A stretch of DNA of 64,000 nucleotides from Octopus bimaculoides (Eukaryota). The stretch is from contig NC_068984.1 of the NCBI RefSeq assembly GCF_001194135.2, forward strand, positions 31,227,575-31,291,574, written 5' to 3'. Within the stretch, counting starts at the first letter, position 1; each line of letters starts with the position of its first letter. The position numbers and the translations under genes are program-made. The notes under the pieces are model-generated. The model was not told the origin of the DNA. It ran no database searches and saw only the letters and a list, made by a program, of their open reading frames with translations. This document shows, one piece after another, positions 11,660 through 22,879 of the stretch.

Positions 11660-12430
11660 GTATATATACTACCAAAACTAAATACCCACTTACATATCCC
11701 ACCCTTACCTTCTCTCTACCTTTTCTATACCCATCCCTTAATGCAGCTCTATAACACCACCCTTACTCACATACCTCTTTTACTTCTTACCCTCTCATCT
11801 CTTCCTCTCTCTCCCTCTCACATCTCCCTTCATTCTATCACTTTATCCTGACCACTACCTAACACACCCGCTCTCATTTCATTCCCTCTTTCTTCATTTC
11901 TTTTTTGTCTCCTTCCCTTTTACTTTTTCTCTTCTTTCTCCCATTCTCTCCTCCTGCTTTTGATTTAACCTATCCCCTATTTCTAATCATACACGTCTCT
12001 CCTCCCTCCATCTATCCATTAATATTACCAACACATTCCCAAACTTTAATTCACACCAAAAAAACCCCTCGACTGAGCAACACTGTTTACAAGGCTCTAT
12101 GCTTGGAATGACCAAATATAACTACCATTGGAACTCACACACCAGGTACAAGAAACTTCTTCACCAATTATATACACCATTCTACTTGAATAATGGAACT
12201 GTAAATATAATATCCTTATGTATTTCAATTCTTCTTTCATTCCCTTACTTTCCTCAGTATTTCATATCTTCTCTACAATAATTAATAGCCAAACATTTTC
12301 TCGCACTGTCTCTGATGAAGTGATATGTAAAATATCCCGGAAACGGCTGTAAGACTTTTTATTTATAAATGTTCTGAAAACTATTTACAGCCTTGGATTT
12401 TTTTTTTATCTCATTCTGTCAATTTATATA
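11660..12430 (+). mobile_element. Probable non-coding PLE-type terminal (pLTR-like) repeat carrying a hammerhead
   Basis: A pyrimidine-rich tract is followed by a unique body that ends in the HHR motif at 12308-12355 and an A/T-rich tail. Boundaries are approximate and there is no coding remnant. Confidence 0.5.
12308..12355 (+). ncRNA. Minimal type-I hammerhead ribozyme motif, core intact
   Basis: Stem I GTCT/AGAC; CTGATGA (12312-12318); stem II GTGATAT/ATATCCC with one mismatch; GAAA; helix III ACGGCTGT (self-complementary with G.U pairs). The GUA cleavage triplet predicts a cut at 12351/12352. Confidence 0.75.
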
Positions 12431-15318
12431 TATGCATGCTAATACATGATCCACGTTGGACTCATCTCTCGTATCATTATCAAACCAGGAGTTTAACCAT
12501 GGTCTATCCGAAGCACTTACTTGGTGTTACCCAACACATTTTGAGTCTTCTTGATACCAATAAATCTCATACCCTATATAAATATTTGTTTATATCATCC
12601 AATCCATACCAGCATGGACAACAGGCATTAAATGGTGATGATGATGATGATGATGATGCATCAGTCACTGGACTTGCTTTGGTCACTGGACTACAGCTAT
12701 GCTGGAGCAACATGTAATATGCTGTTTCCTTTTAAATTTCATTTCAGTCTTGTTAGCAAACTGGATGTTCTTAACGTATTACTTTCGACAAAATTCTGTA
12801 TGAATTTTCACAGTTAGTTGCACTGTGTTCACACACACATTATGGATTATAACATAATAGTGTGATGTATAATTAACCTTGGCTGCTTTGAAATAAATCA
12901 ACCCTGTATTGTATTTAAAGTATATTCACTTCAATGTGAGAGCATATTAACTTGGGTGTTAACCCTTAAGAATCTTCACAGTCAGACAAGTGTGATTACT
13001 CATACAAAATGGATTATGTCAAAGCCTGTGTGGTGTAATCTAAAATTAAGAAGTCTATCAGAATTTATATATACTTAGCCAGTAGTAGACTTTAGTTGTG
13101 TTAGACCTGATAATGTCCAATAAGTATGAAAATTATAATTTTCTGGTTGCTAAGCTCGTATTTTCTCTCCTTAGCCTATTTGTTTAATTATCAAACTTAT
13201 TTCACAGTACACTAAATTATGTTCACTTACGCAATATTTCACACCAGTGAAAATGTCTGTTAGAGTTTTGTTCCAAATGTTTGCCTGTAATACAATAATA
13301 TCAATTTGTCTGAGAAATTATACATGAAGGGATTTGATAAATTCTCTATTCACACTTTACAAATTACAGGAAATAATATCTTTGTTACGTGGCTCTTGTT
13401 TGAAGATAATTTCTTTTCTTTTTGTTGTCTTTGTTTCCTTGATGAACAATTTGTGCTAATAAAGCATATATACATACATAATTATTTTCTTTGTTAACCA
13501 GGGAATAAAAAAAGTGTTCTAATGACCTGTTAAAAAAATAGTAAATTATGTAATAAACAAATAACACTGCTTGAGAAAAAAAAGATGCAATAAAACAAAA
13601 CAATTGCTTGTAGATGATAATGACAGCTTTTAATTTCCTTCTGTGTCAATAAACGATGTTTTAATCTTCTTACTTTGATTTTATTATAATGAATTTGAAA
13701 TAGTAAAGCAACAATAAATAAATTAAAAGAGCTGCTTGGGTTTCACATTAACAAATTTTTATTTTATTTTAATTAATGGAAGGTGGTTATAAGGTTAACC
13801 TGCTGAACCTATGTCAAACTGAGCAACTTAAAACAAGCGAAGGATGGAAATAAATTATAAGAGAAAGATGAAAACAACAGTAAACATGATGACATTGATG
13901 GTACTGATGACTTGTTTTGTAGGTGGTGTGTTGATGGTGCTGTGTTTATGGGACTGATCATAGCTTTAGGATAGTTGGCGGTGGTAGTGGTATTTTGACA
14001 GTGAAGCTGACAGTTGATGGTAGTTGTGATATTGATTGTGGCAGAAGTTATGCAAATGGTGATGATAATGATGGCAGTAGTAATTGTGTACATGGCAGTG
14101 GCATTGATGATAGTAATGTAAGAAGTGATGGTGGTATATATGGCAGGAGAGATGGAAGAGGTAGTGGCAATGGTAATACTGCCAATGCTTGTTTTGATAA
14201 TGGTGATGATAAATTTGTTTTTTTTTAAATCTTATTATGGCATTCTGTTTTATGTGACTTTTTGTAACAAAAAGCAAAACAATTATTAAAAGATAGAATT
14301 CATTCTAAAATAAGAATAGATTTACTGTAGGAACTGTTCTCTATGTCTAATGATCCAAAATTAAGTAGCAATATATGTCTAGTTAATACTGATATAGGTG
14401 AATAAATTTATTTTGGAAACTCTAATGTTAACCAGCTCCTCCATCACTGAACTGGAGAAGAATCAGCTTGATGATGTAGTTAAAAAGTGATTTTAGAAAA
14501 CAAACAAAACACTAACAGCAAAAGTAATGCAACTCAATAAACCATATTTTATTACAATGACTGTTCACACCTCACTGAGCAAGTTTTGTCAATGAAAGTA
14601 TATCTATGCAGTTACTTGGCCTACAAGAAATAACAATCAAATTACACCTTATTGTCTTCATAAAATGCGAAGTATGCATTGAATGATGTTGTCTAACAAG
14701 TTCTATTTCACGGCATGGCACTTTGGGTAAGAATCTTCTACCATAGTTTTAGGTTTATCATAATTTGGTGGATGGAAACTGAATGGAAGTTTATCCATGC
14801 AATGTTTCCTGTTCTTGGATCAAAAATCAAATCCATCATCTAGTAGAACATCATCAACAGTTCCTTGGTCACCCTCCCTTAATGCTAGGATCATCTGGGA
14901 CAGACTTAGAGCTTGAAAATAGTTTTCTACCTACAAACCTTAGAGGCTGGGGAAGTGTCATGAGCATTGTCTCATGAATGAACAAATAAAAATATATTCT
15001 CATCATCATCATCATTTCTCATATTTGCATGCATGAAATAAGATTATGTGGCCCTTCCTGGCACCTACTTCTATTTCCTGGTGACAAAAGTAGGCCAGAC
15101 ATGGTTATACAGAGAACCAGAAGCAAATAACACCATCCAACACCACCAGCAAGGGAATTGTTTACTGTCAATGAACACATGTAAAGACAAGGAGAAATAT
15201 GAATTCACTCACACACACACATGCACACATGTGTCACATATGCATATATGTGTCTACATACATACATACATACATGCATATATATATATATATATATATA
15301 TGTATGCANNNNNNNNNN

Positions 15319-15375
<57 letters not shown>

Positions 15376-15506
15376 AAGGTCAGGTGGGTTGTGAAGTTAA
15401 GGTATTTCCAGGGAAGCACTCGACCTGAATACTGGGCTATCAACACCTGGCCAATGGTGGAATTCTTCAAGTGAAGAAAATCCAGGCTTCATGACGATTA
15501 TACTAC

Positions 15507-15715
15507 TTGTTTGTTGTTAACACAACTTTTCAGCTGATATACTATCCAGCCTCCATCAGGTGTCTTGGGAAATTTCGAACCTGGGTTCTCATTCCTAAGG
15601 TATTTTTCGATGTTGTTGTTGTTGTTGTTATTATTATTATTATTCAGGTCGCTGCCTGGAATTGAACTCGGAATCTTGGGGTTAGTAGCCCGCACTCTTA
15701 ACCACTACACCATAT
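15507..15715 (-). mobile_element. tRNA-headed SINE-like element with (AAT/AAC)n linker and hammerhead-containing tail
   Basis: Minus strand: A box TGGTGTAGTGG (15702-15712), B box GAGTTCAATTCC (15658-15669), (AAT)n(AAC)n, then a tail with a mutated HHR, GACAC-CTGATGG...CAGCT-GAAAA-GTT-GTGTT (15519-15564). Confidence 0.75.
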
Positions 15716-15737
15716 ACTCTTAACTACTATGCCATAT

Positions 15738-15774
15738 GACCTGAATAATAATAATAATAATAATGATGATGATG

Positions 15775-15824
<50 letters not shown>

Positions 15825-15990
15825 AATAATAACAACATCGAAAAATACCTTAGGAATGAGAACCCAAGTTTGAAATTTCCCCAAGACACCTGATGAAGGC
15901 TGGAGGGTATATCAGCTGAAACGTTGTGTTAACAACAACAAGATGAGGACAAATATCTGTCAAATGTAAATAATGTAAATAATGTATGTA
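15738..15990 (+). mobile_element. Headless inverted second copy of the same element, ending in (TGTAAATAA)n
   Basis: 15738-15942 is the reverse complement of 15507-15650, apart from a longer microsatellite and a few substitutions. Confidence 0.8.
15885..15930 (+). ncRNA. Minimal type-I hammerhead ribozyme motif, core intact
   Basis: Stem I GACAC/GTGTT; CTGATGA (15890-15896); stem II GGCTG/CAGCT with a 10-nt loop; GAA; helix III reduced to the palindrome ACGT. The GUU triplet predicts a cut at 15925/15926. Confidence 0.7.
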
Positions 15991-16020
15991 GATTCTACTT
16001 CCTTATATGGGAGTGTTCGC

Positions 16021-16656
16021 TAGTATCATGATTTCTGGAAAGTTCTTAACATTTTTTAAGCACTATAACTGATAAGAAACTTTAACATACTCACATCTTT
16101 ATTCATTTAAGTAATTTCCATTGTCTTTTTATGACGTTAGTCCACCTAGCAGGCAATTTAAATGTTCCATCAGCATAAAATTCAGTTACTTTTGAGGCAA
16201 AAAAGTAATCTATGTGAGTTTTGATATGATCAATATCATTAAATGATTTTCATTTTAGAGAATTCTGCAGAGACAAAAACAGATAGTCAGCTGGCGCAAT
16301 GTCAGGAGAGTGTGGTGGATGGGGCAAGAGATCCCCACTCCGCCTAGGTTCATGCATCTTTGTGTGGACAGCCAAAGACACATGCAATACGGCATTGTCC
16401 TGGTGGAACAGAACTCCTTTCCTCTTGGAGAGTGCTGGCCTCAATTCTTTGATCTTTTGATTGAAACTTTCTAGTTGACGGCAGTACACATCAGAACTGA
16501 TGGTCCGATTTTGTGGGAGTAGCTCATAGTAAATAATACCTTTGAAATCAAACTAGACATCAAGCATAACTTTTTCTTACTATATTATCGTAAACAATCC
16601 AATTTTCACCTCCAATTACCAGTTGTTTCAGGAAACGCTTATTTTCATTGCGTTTC
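16021..16656 (-). mobile_element. Mariner transposase remnant (catalytic domain and C-terminus)
   Basis: LKRNENKRFLKQLVIGGENWIVYDN (TGDEKW-like), VLFHQDNAVLH, LPHPPHSPDIAPADYLFLSLQNSL (YSPDLAPSDY-like) and FYADGTFKLPARW. Confidence 0.9.
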
Positions 16657-16819
16657 AGTGGCTGTGTGGTAAGTAGCTTGCTTACAAACCACATGGTTCT
16701 GGGTTCAGTGCCACTGCGTGACACCTTAGGCAAGTGTTTTCTACTATAGCCTCGGGCTGACCAAAGCTTTGTGAATGGATTTGGTAGACGGAAACTGAAA
16801 GAAGCCTGTCGTGTATATG
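16657..16819 (+). mobile_element. SINE 5' half lying between two mariner pieces
   Basis: TGGCTGTGTGG (A box), GGGTTCAGTGCC (B box) and GGATTTGGTAGACGGAAACTGAAAGAAGCCTGTCG. Confidence 0.9.
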
Positions 16820-17135
16820 TCTGAAATGTCTGGACCACTTGTACACTTGTGTGCATCTCATACATTCCTCTCCATACACCTGCAACTTTGCATAGGCCTC
16901 TGAGCATGTATCACTATGACAACTTTCTCTGTAATGGTCAATGTGATGATCACATGCTACATACATTCCTGCCAAGCATTCCTGTAAACACACAGTGGAA
17001 GTGATCTAGAATGTTAGAACTTAGTACCCATGCACAACAGTTTTCAAGGTCCATTTCTGCGAAACGGCTTGACTCTACATGCTTTAGCTTCATTACTATG
17101 GCAACAATCCAGATACTTATTGATCAGACCTCATA
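16820..17135 (-). mobile_element. Mariner 5' end (TIR plus HTH remnant)
   Basis: Minus strand TA-TGAGGTCTGATCAATAAGTATCTGG, a mariner-type TIR. The translation EAYAKLQVYGEECMRCTQVYKWSRHFR resembles a mariner N-terminal HTH. Confidence 0.7.
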
Positions 17136-17394
17136 TGTATGTATATTATGTATGCATGTATGTATGTATGTATGTATCTATGTATGTATATTTGTGTGCT
17201 GTAGTTTATTTATGCCAGTCCTGTAGCCAGTTACTTTGAAGTTTCCATGGCCTGCTGTTGGATCTTCAGAAATGTCAGACTGGTCAAAAAAGGGTTACTA
17301 CACCACACTGAGGGTAAAAGCAGTTATGGATAGAAAAAGAACAGTGTGCATTGATAGTTGTAATAATAACAGTCAATGTAATATGTTTCACATT

Positions 17395-17590
17395 TTGGCA
17401 CAAGGCCAGCAATTTAGGCAAGGTAAATTGATTACCTGAATCCCATTGTTCAACTGGTACTTATTTTATCAACTCCAAAAGGATGGAAGGCAAAGTTGAT
17501 TCCAGTGGAATTTGAACTTCAGAATCTAAAGTCAAAAGAAAAGCAACTAAGCAGTTTTCTAAAAATTCTGCCACCTTGCAGCCTAACATT
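17395..17590. mobile_element. Decayed SINE core segment
   Basis: ACTGGTACTTATTTTATCAACTCCAAAAGGATGGAAGGCAAAGTTGA...GGAATTTGAAC. Related pieces occur at about 3155-3240 and 26210-26300. Confidence 0.6.
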
Positions 17591-17600
17591 CAATGTAATA

Positions 17601-17823
17601 TTAGCCCCTTAGCATTTAATCTAGTCCATCCCAAATATTCTACCTGTTTTATATTCATACTGGCCAGATCCAGCCTCTCACACATAGACTACAATGTTAT
17701 TTTCAAAATAAGCAATCACATAATCAAAATCTCAAAACTACGAGATAATGCATGATTAATTTAAAACAATGTGAATAAATAAGCATAATATTTGACAGAC
17801 TAATCGAAATGCTAAAGAGTTAA
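17601..17823. mobile_element. Small TIR element with TTAA-like ends (piggyBac-like MITE)
   Basis: The left end TTAGCCCCTTAGCATTT matches the reverse complement of the right end, TTAACTCTTTAGCATTT. Confidence 0.6.
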
Positions 17824-19662
17824 TAAAAGTTTATGCTGAAATTAGTGAAAATACTTATCTGGAATCAAATATTTATATACAAAATTGCAGTTGGTAGTCA
17901 GAATATACTGATAAGAAAATCTTGAGGTTGGTAAACTTGAAGTTGCTTGACTTGCTAAATGTATTAGCCAAAATATCATCATTTCAATTTCTAGCTTCTT
18001 GAAAAAAGAAAGACCACATTGGAAAATGTAAAGTTAGAAAGATGGAAGGGTTGCTGGTGGAATGTGCTTTCAATATAGATCTGCTTGACTAGGACTGTCC
18101 TGGTGTTAAATAACAGGACCAATATTTATGATATATTAGAATTTACTAATGAGTAGAATATTAACTGTAAATATGTTCAATGTATTGCTGTTATTTAATG
18201 TCTTTCTGTCAGTATTTCTGTCATAGAAAGTGTACAGCAAATTCACAGCTACAAGATTCTTCATCTATTTTCTTATACATCTTTTGGAAAACTTTTACAT
18301 CACTAATCAGGTTCAACACCAGGCTATCACTCCAGCAATCATTTTGTCAAGTGAGTAATTATACATCCATGTAAATACTTCGGTTACATAACATTATTAT
18401 GTATCTGTACAAGGTAAAAATACAAGAATAAAGAACAACAAGTATTTAAGTCAACGTGAATATTTGACATTCTAAATTAGATTTTGTCACTTCGTTGCAA
18501 ATATGATGTTATTGAAACTTGGTGTGTATGTTAACAGGCTGGAACATCTTTATATAGCAATGCTTAATAAATAACACAAATATAATCCTACCCAGTGTAA
18601 AGAAATATACACGTATACAAGTTGTGTGATTTATTTACTCTCACATAATATTATCGCACAAAACAGTGAAACCTCAAAGAAAAATATACCATTGCAGTAC
18701 TGGAAGTTTCCCCATATAGCATCTCTCAAACCAGCCATTTATCTACCTAACTTCAACTGGTGAGTCATTATAGGAAACATTTTTTTCTTGTACTTTTATT
18801 CTTTCTTGGATACTAATCAAGAGTATTTCCCTATAGTATTCTTATAAATGATAACAGCTAAATCTGACCAAGTATATATAAAAGAAACCAATGATAAAAA
18901 CCAAGAAAAAAGAAACTTTAAAAACAAAATAAAAAAGAAAATGAAATGTGCCTATCAAATAGCAAAACATATGACAATAAGACAGATTAGAAATTTATAT
19001 CAATAGCCTTGCCATCGCTGCACTGTTAAGAATGGAATATAAGGCATTCAACCTGAAATCATTATACAGAAATTGTATTGACAAACTTTTCAGAAACTTT
19101 GACTAGTTAGCTGTTATAAAATATGTTCTTTCTTTCTTCTCCTCCCTGTGACTGCTTCAGACTGACAGAAAATAACAATATTAATAATAAAAAAAAAAAC
19201 GAACCTCAAAGAGGCAAAAATTGGTAATTCTCCCGCAATTTATTCTGTATGTTGCTGATTTATTAGAGTTTAGTACATCTTTGAAATTGCACTCATAATG
19301 GATTAATTATTTCATCAAATTCCCGCTTTCAAATTCCAGAAATTACATTTTTAGTTTCTGATAGAAAACAAATCCTAGTGGAATAGCATCAGTTAAATTC
19401 CTTATTGAAAAAATATCTATATAGATTAGTCTAGCAAAATATTTTCATAACAAATGATTTTTATTTTACTTTTTCATCTTTACTTATTTATTTATTCCGT
19501 GTCATAAAGCAATGTGTTCAATGATGACAAATAATTCTTTCACTCTTTGGATGTTAATAATACTAATTTACATTTTGAAGAAAATAAAACCCAGCAAAAT
19601 ACAAATATACACACATACAATGGAAAAAAATAACAACAAAACAAAATACTTGTTTATATGTG

Positions 19663-19704
<42 letters not shown>

Positions 19705-21319
19705 TATAATTACTTGATTCATATATATTTACTTGATTTCAAAATTTGATATAATATATAGAACATAGTTGCATTCATTATCACAAAAAAAAAAATCTAT
19801 CTTTTGTTACTCAACCTATATTGCTCAGTATGAAGTTCTACTTAATAAAAAGGTTACCACATTCACCTACTTTACCTCCAGTTTCATTTCCCATATAAAA
19901 ACATTACTAATTTTTTAGTGCTCTCTCTCTACATTACTTCATACACGCAATTATTATGTGTACCAACATCCTTTTGTTGTTAAAGTTCAAACAAATATGA
20001 ACTGGCCTGAGTGTACACCATGTCCTCCACAATTGGATTTTCAGTTTTCCAGATTTCTCAATACCTCTTATTCAATGGCTAATTCCCTTCACATATGGAA
20101 AAATGCTATCTCTACTCCTCTAATTCTGCCAAATTTTGATCTATGACTATCTCATGTCTAATATTTCAAATACAGCAGTGATAATTACAGATAATTATTT
20201 CTCATAACAATTTCATTGTGTACTTTCTTCAGTGAGAATGTATAGCTCCAAATCTTTCCAATTGAATCTATATTAACTAATAAAGGGACGTCAACTTGAT
20301 TACTTACTCTAATAAAAAAACAAAAAAATAAAAAGATCACCCTAATTTCCCTCAAATCAAACTACATCACCTCAAACAAAGAATGGCACATTGGATAAAA
20401 TGTAGTTCCAGACACACTGAAATAAAAATGGGATGGTTATCACTTTAATCTCAAGTCTCCTCAGTCAATGTTGTCCTGGAGCTAAACAGCAACTAAAGTT
20501 TATTTTGCTGCAGAGATCCTTATAATAGCATATTGGATTTTAGAACTTGGCTGAAAAAAAGAAAAAGACCTATATATTTCACATTAACCAAGAAAATAAT
20601 AATTTCATTTCTCTTACAAATTTTTGTATAGGTAGCTGACTTCATTTTTCCCATATTTAATAGTACATCCAGGCCCTTGAGTGCCAATAACAAATGTATG
20701 CAACTATGTATGTATGTACTATGTATATATATGTATATATGTATGTATGTCTGTGTGTGAGTGTTTCTTTACGATGAACAACAGAAAAGCCATCTACCCT
20801 TTCTCTCCTTAAAGCTATGTATTCCTCATACCCACCTTTCTGTGTGTGTGTGTTGTATCTATGTATTTACGAAAGTATGTATGCAGCGTTGCATGTATGC
20901 AGTGTTGCATGTATATGACAGCTGTGTTAATGTTAACATCTCATTGCCACTGTTGTTTTCATCTTCCCTGATATTAGTCACCCTCTCTCTGTTACTACAT
21001 TTCCCTCAGACTAATACTTTTTGCAACCTTCTCATTTTATCTTATAATTTGTCCAATACCCTTGGGAGCATATTATAGGGTTTTATTGAAATCCAGTTGA
21101 CCTATTTTTGAACTGGATGTTTGTGTAACATGTATGAAATGTTTCGTGAATATTGGTTCGCCGGTTTAGGCACTAAGATGGTAACAAACAGACAAAAATT
21201 GCTATTTATATATTAGATGTATGTGTGAGCACGTGTGTGTGTGTGTGTATTATACATGCATGTATGTGTATGTATATATATATATATCATCAACATCGTC
21301 GGCATTGTCGTTGTCATCA

Positions 21320-21720
21320 TCCTCTTCATCATCATCATTATCACCATTATTTAAAATGTGTCTTCCATGCAGGCATATGTTGGATGATTTGACAGGGCCT
21401 CACAAGGCTGGGGGGGAGGGGCTGTACCAGGGTCCCTTGTCTGTTCTGGTATGGTTTTTATGGCTGAATGCCATTCCTACCACCAACCACTTTATGGTAT
21501 ATAATATTGTCTGACATGAGGGCACATTGTTACGCCCCCATGTCAGACAATATTATATACCATAAACCACTTTACAGAGCGTACTGGGTGATTTTTTTAC
21601 ATGGCACCAACACCAGTGCTTCTTATGTGACACCAGCACTAGTGCTTTTTACTTGGAACTAGTACCAACAGGTCATCAAGTACCTGCCAAAAGAAAAATC
21701 CCTCAACTGAGTGGTTGAAG
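21320..21720 (-). mobile_element. SINE with RTE-type (GAT)n tail, interrupted by a hairpin insertion
   Basis: Tail CTTCCATGCAGGCATATGTTGGATG and body CCACTTTACAGAGCGTACTGGGTG...TGGCACC. The body matches 9090-9130, 26160-26200 and 36060-36110. Confidence 0.7.
21485..21574. repeat. 70-bp hairpin insertion flanked by a 10-bp direct repeat
   Basis: Perfect 28-bp inverted repeat (21491-21518 and 21539-21566). AACCACTTTA occurs at 21485-21494 and 21565-21574. Confidence 0.9.
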
Positions 21721-22120
21721 TTGTATTGAGGGGTATGTATGGCTTCATGTCAGTTGAGAAATTAAAGGTATACAGAGGCAGGGATAAGTGTCTTGCTATA
21801 GAATAGATACATGGATACTCCAGTTGGAAAAGAAATGAGAGTGAGTTAGAGAATAAAATTAAGAGAGCAATAGTGATGGATTACCAAATAATATGTATGT
21901 CAGAAAACCTTAACAGCAAAAGTGCTTACATGCAATACAAAAATATCCTTCCCAAAATTTATGTCATTCTGTCTTTTAAGATGTTTTTATATGATTGATA
22001 ATTTTATTTTAATAATAAAAATAATTTTAATAAATTTAATATTAGAAATACGCACATATATATGTGCATGTGTGTGTGTGTGTATGTATATTTGCATATA
22101 TACACACACATATACATGCA

Positions 22121-22165
<45 letters not shown>

Positions 22166-22372
22166 NNNNNNNNNNNNNNNNNNNNNNNNNNNNNNNNNNN
22201 NNNNNNNNNNNNNNNNNNNNNNNNNNNNNNNNNNNNNNNNNNNNNNNNNNNNNNNNNNNNNNNNNNNNNNNNNNNNNNNNNNNNNNNNNNNNNNNNNNNN
22301 NNNNNNNNNNNNNNNNNNNNNNNNNNNNNNNNNNNNNNNNNNNNNNNNNNNNNNNNNNNNNNNNNNNNNNNN

Positions 22373-22687
22373 TGTAATGTTCGCCATTAGCGTCCGTTTT
22401 AGCCTTTCGGCTTGACCCTTGGTGAGTTCTAGTTTTTCTACGCTGGATGTGACCCTGTTGATGTGTAATTTGGAGGAGACACATAGTTTAACAAAATGAA
22501 GCTGTTGAGTCGTCACGGTTTTCCGTAGGCTACTGAATACAGTGTCTTTCAGTATCTTGCTAGCCTGGCTAAGGCTCGCGTTGTTCCGTTTACATATTTG
22601 TTTTGCAAGATTTTTTATGTGAAATCGTGTAATGTTCGCCATTAGCGTCCGTTTTAGCCTTTCGGCTTGACCCTTGGTGAGTTCTAT
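22373..22687 (-). repeat. Young 255-bp tandem unit with an uninterrupted in-frame ORF on the minus strand
   Basis: 59 identical bp at 22373 and 22628, a period of 255 bp (85 codons). CpG-rich. The frame is open from 22687 into the N gap. Confidence 0.8.
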
Positions 22688-22879
22688 ATATATGGATGTA
22701 TATAGTGAGGGAATTCAAGTAGATATAGGAATGAGTGTAGTGATCAGTGTGGGGGGATCAGGTGGTGGTATACACAATATGGGTGACGAGAGGTGCTGGG
22801 ATGAGTGAACCAGCAGTGTCTTATTAGAGAAGGTACAAGACAAAAATAACCTGAGAACAGACCAAATTAATAACAGTAG

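Noticed and set aside
13809-14277. His/Thr/Gly-rich ORFs
   Set aside because: Degenerate trinucleotide low-complexity DNA that is open in several frames, with no protein motif.
15651-15715. tRNA gene on the minus strand
   Set aside because: A and B boxes are present, but the acceptor stem is missing, the anticodon stem is mispaired and it runs into a repeat body. It is a SINE head.
18227-18350. Candidate plus-strand exon (TCATAG acceptor, CAA/GTGAGT donor, two open frames)
   Set aside because: Neither peptide is recognisable and no partner exons were found. It needs RNA-seq and cannot be supported from sequence alone.
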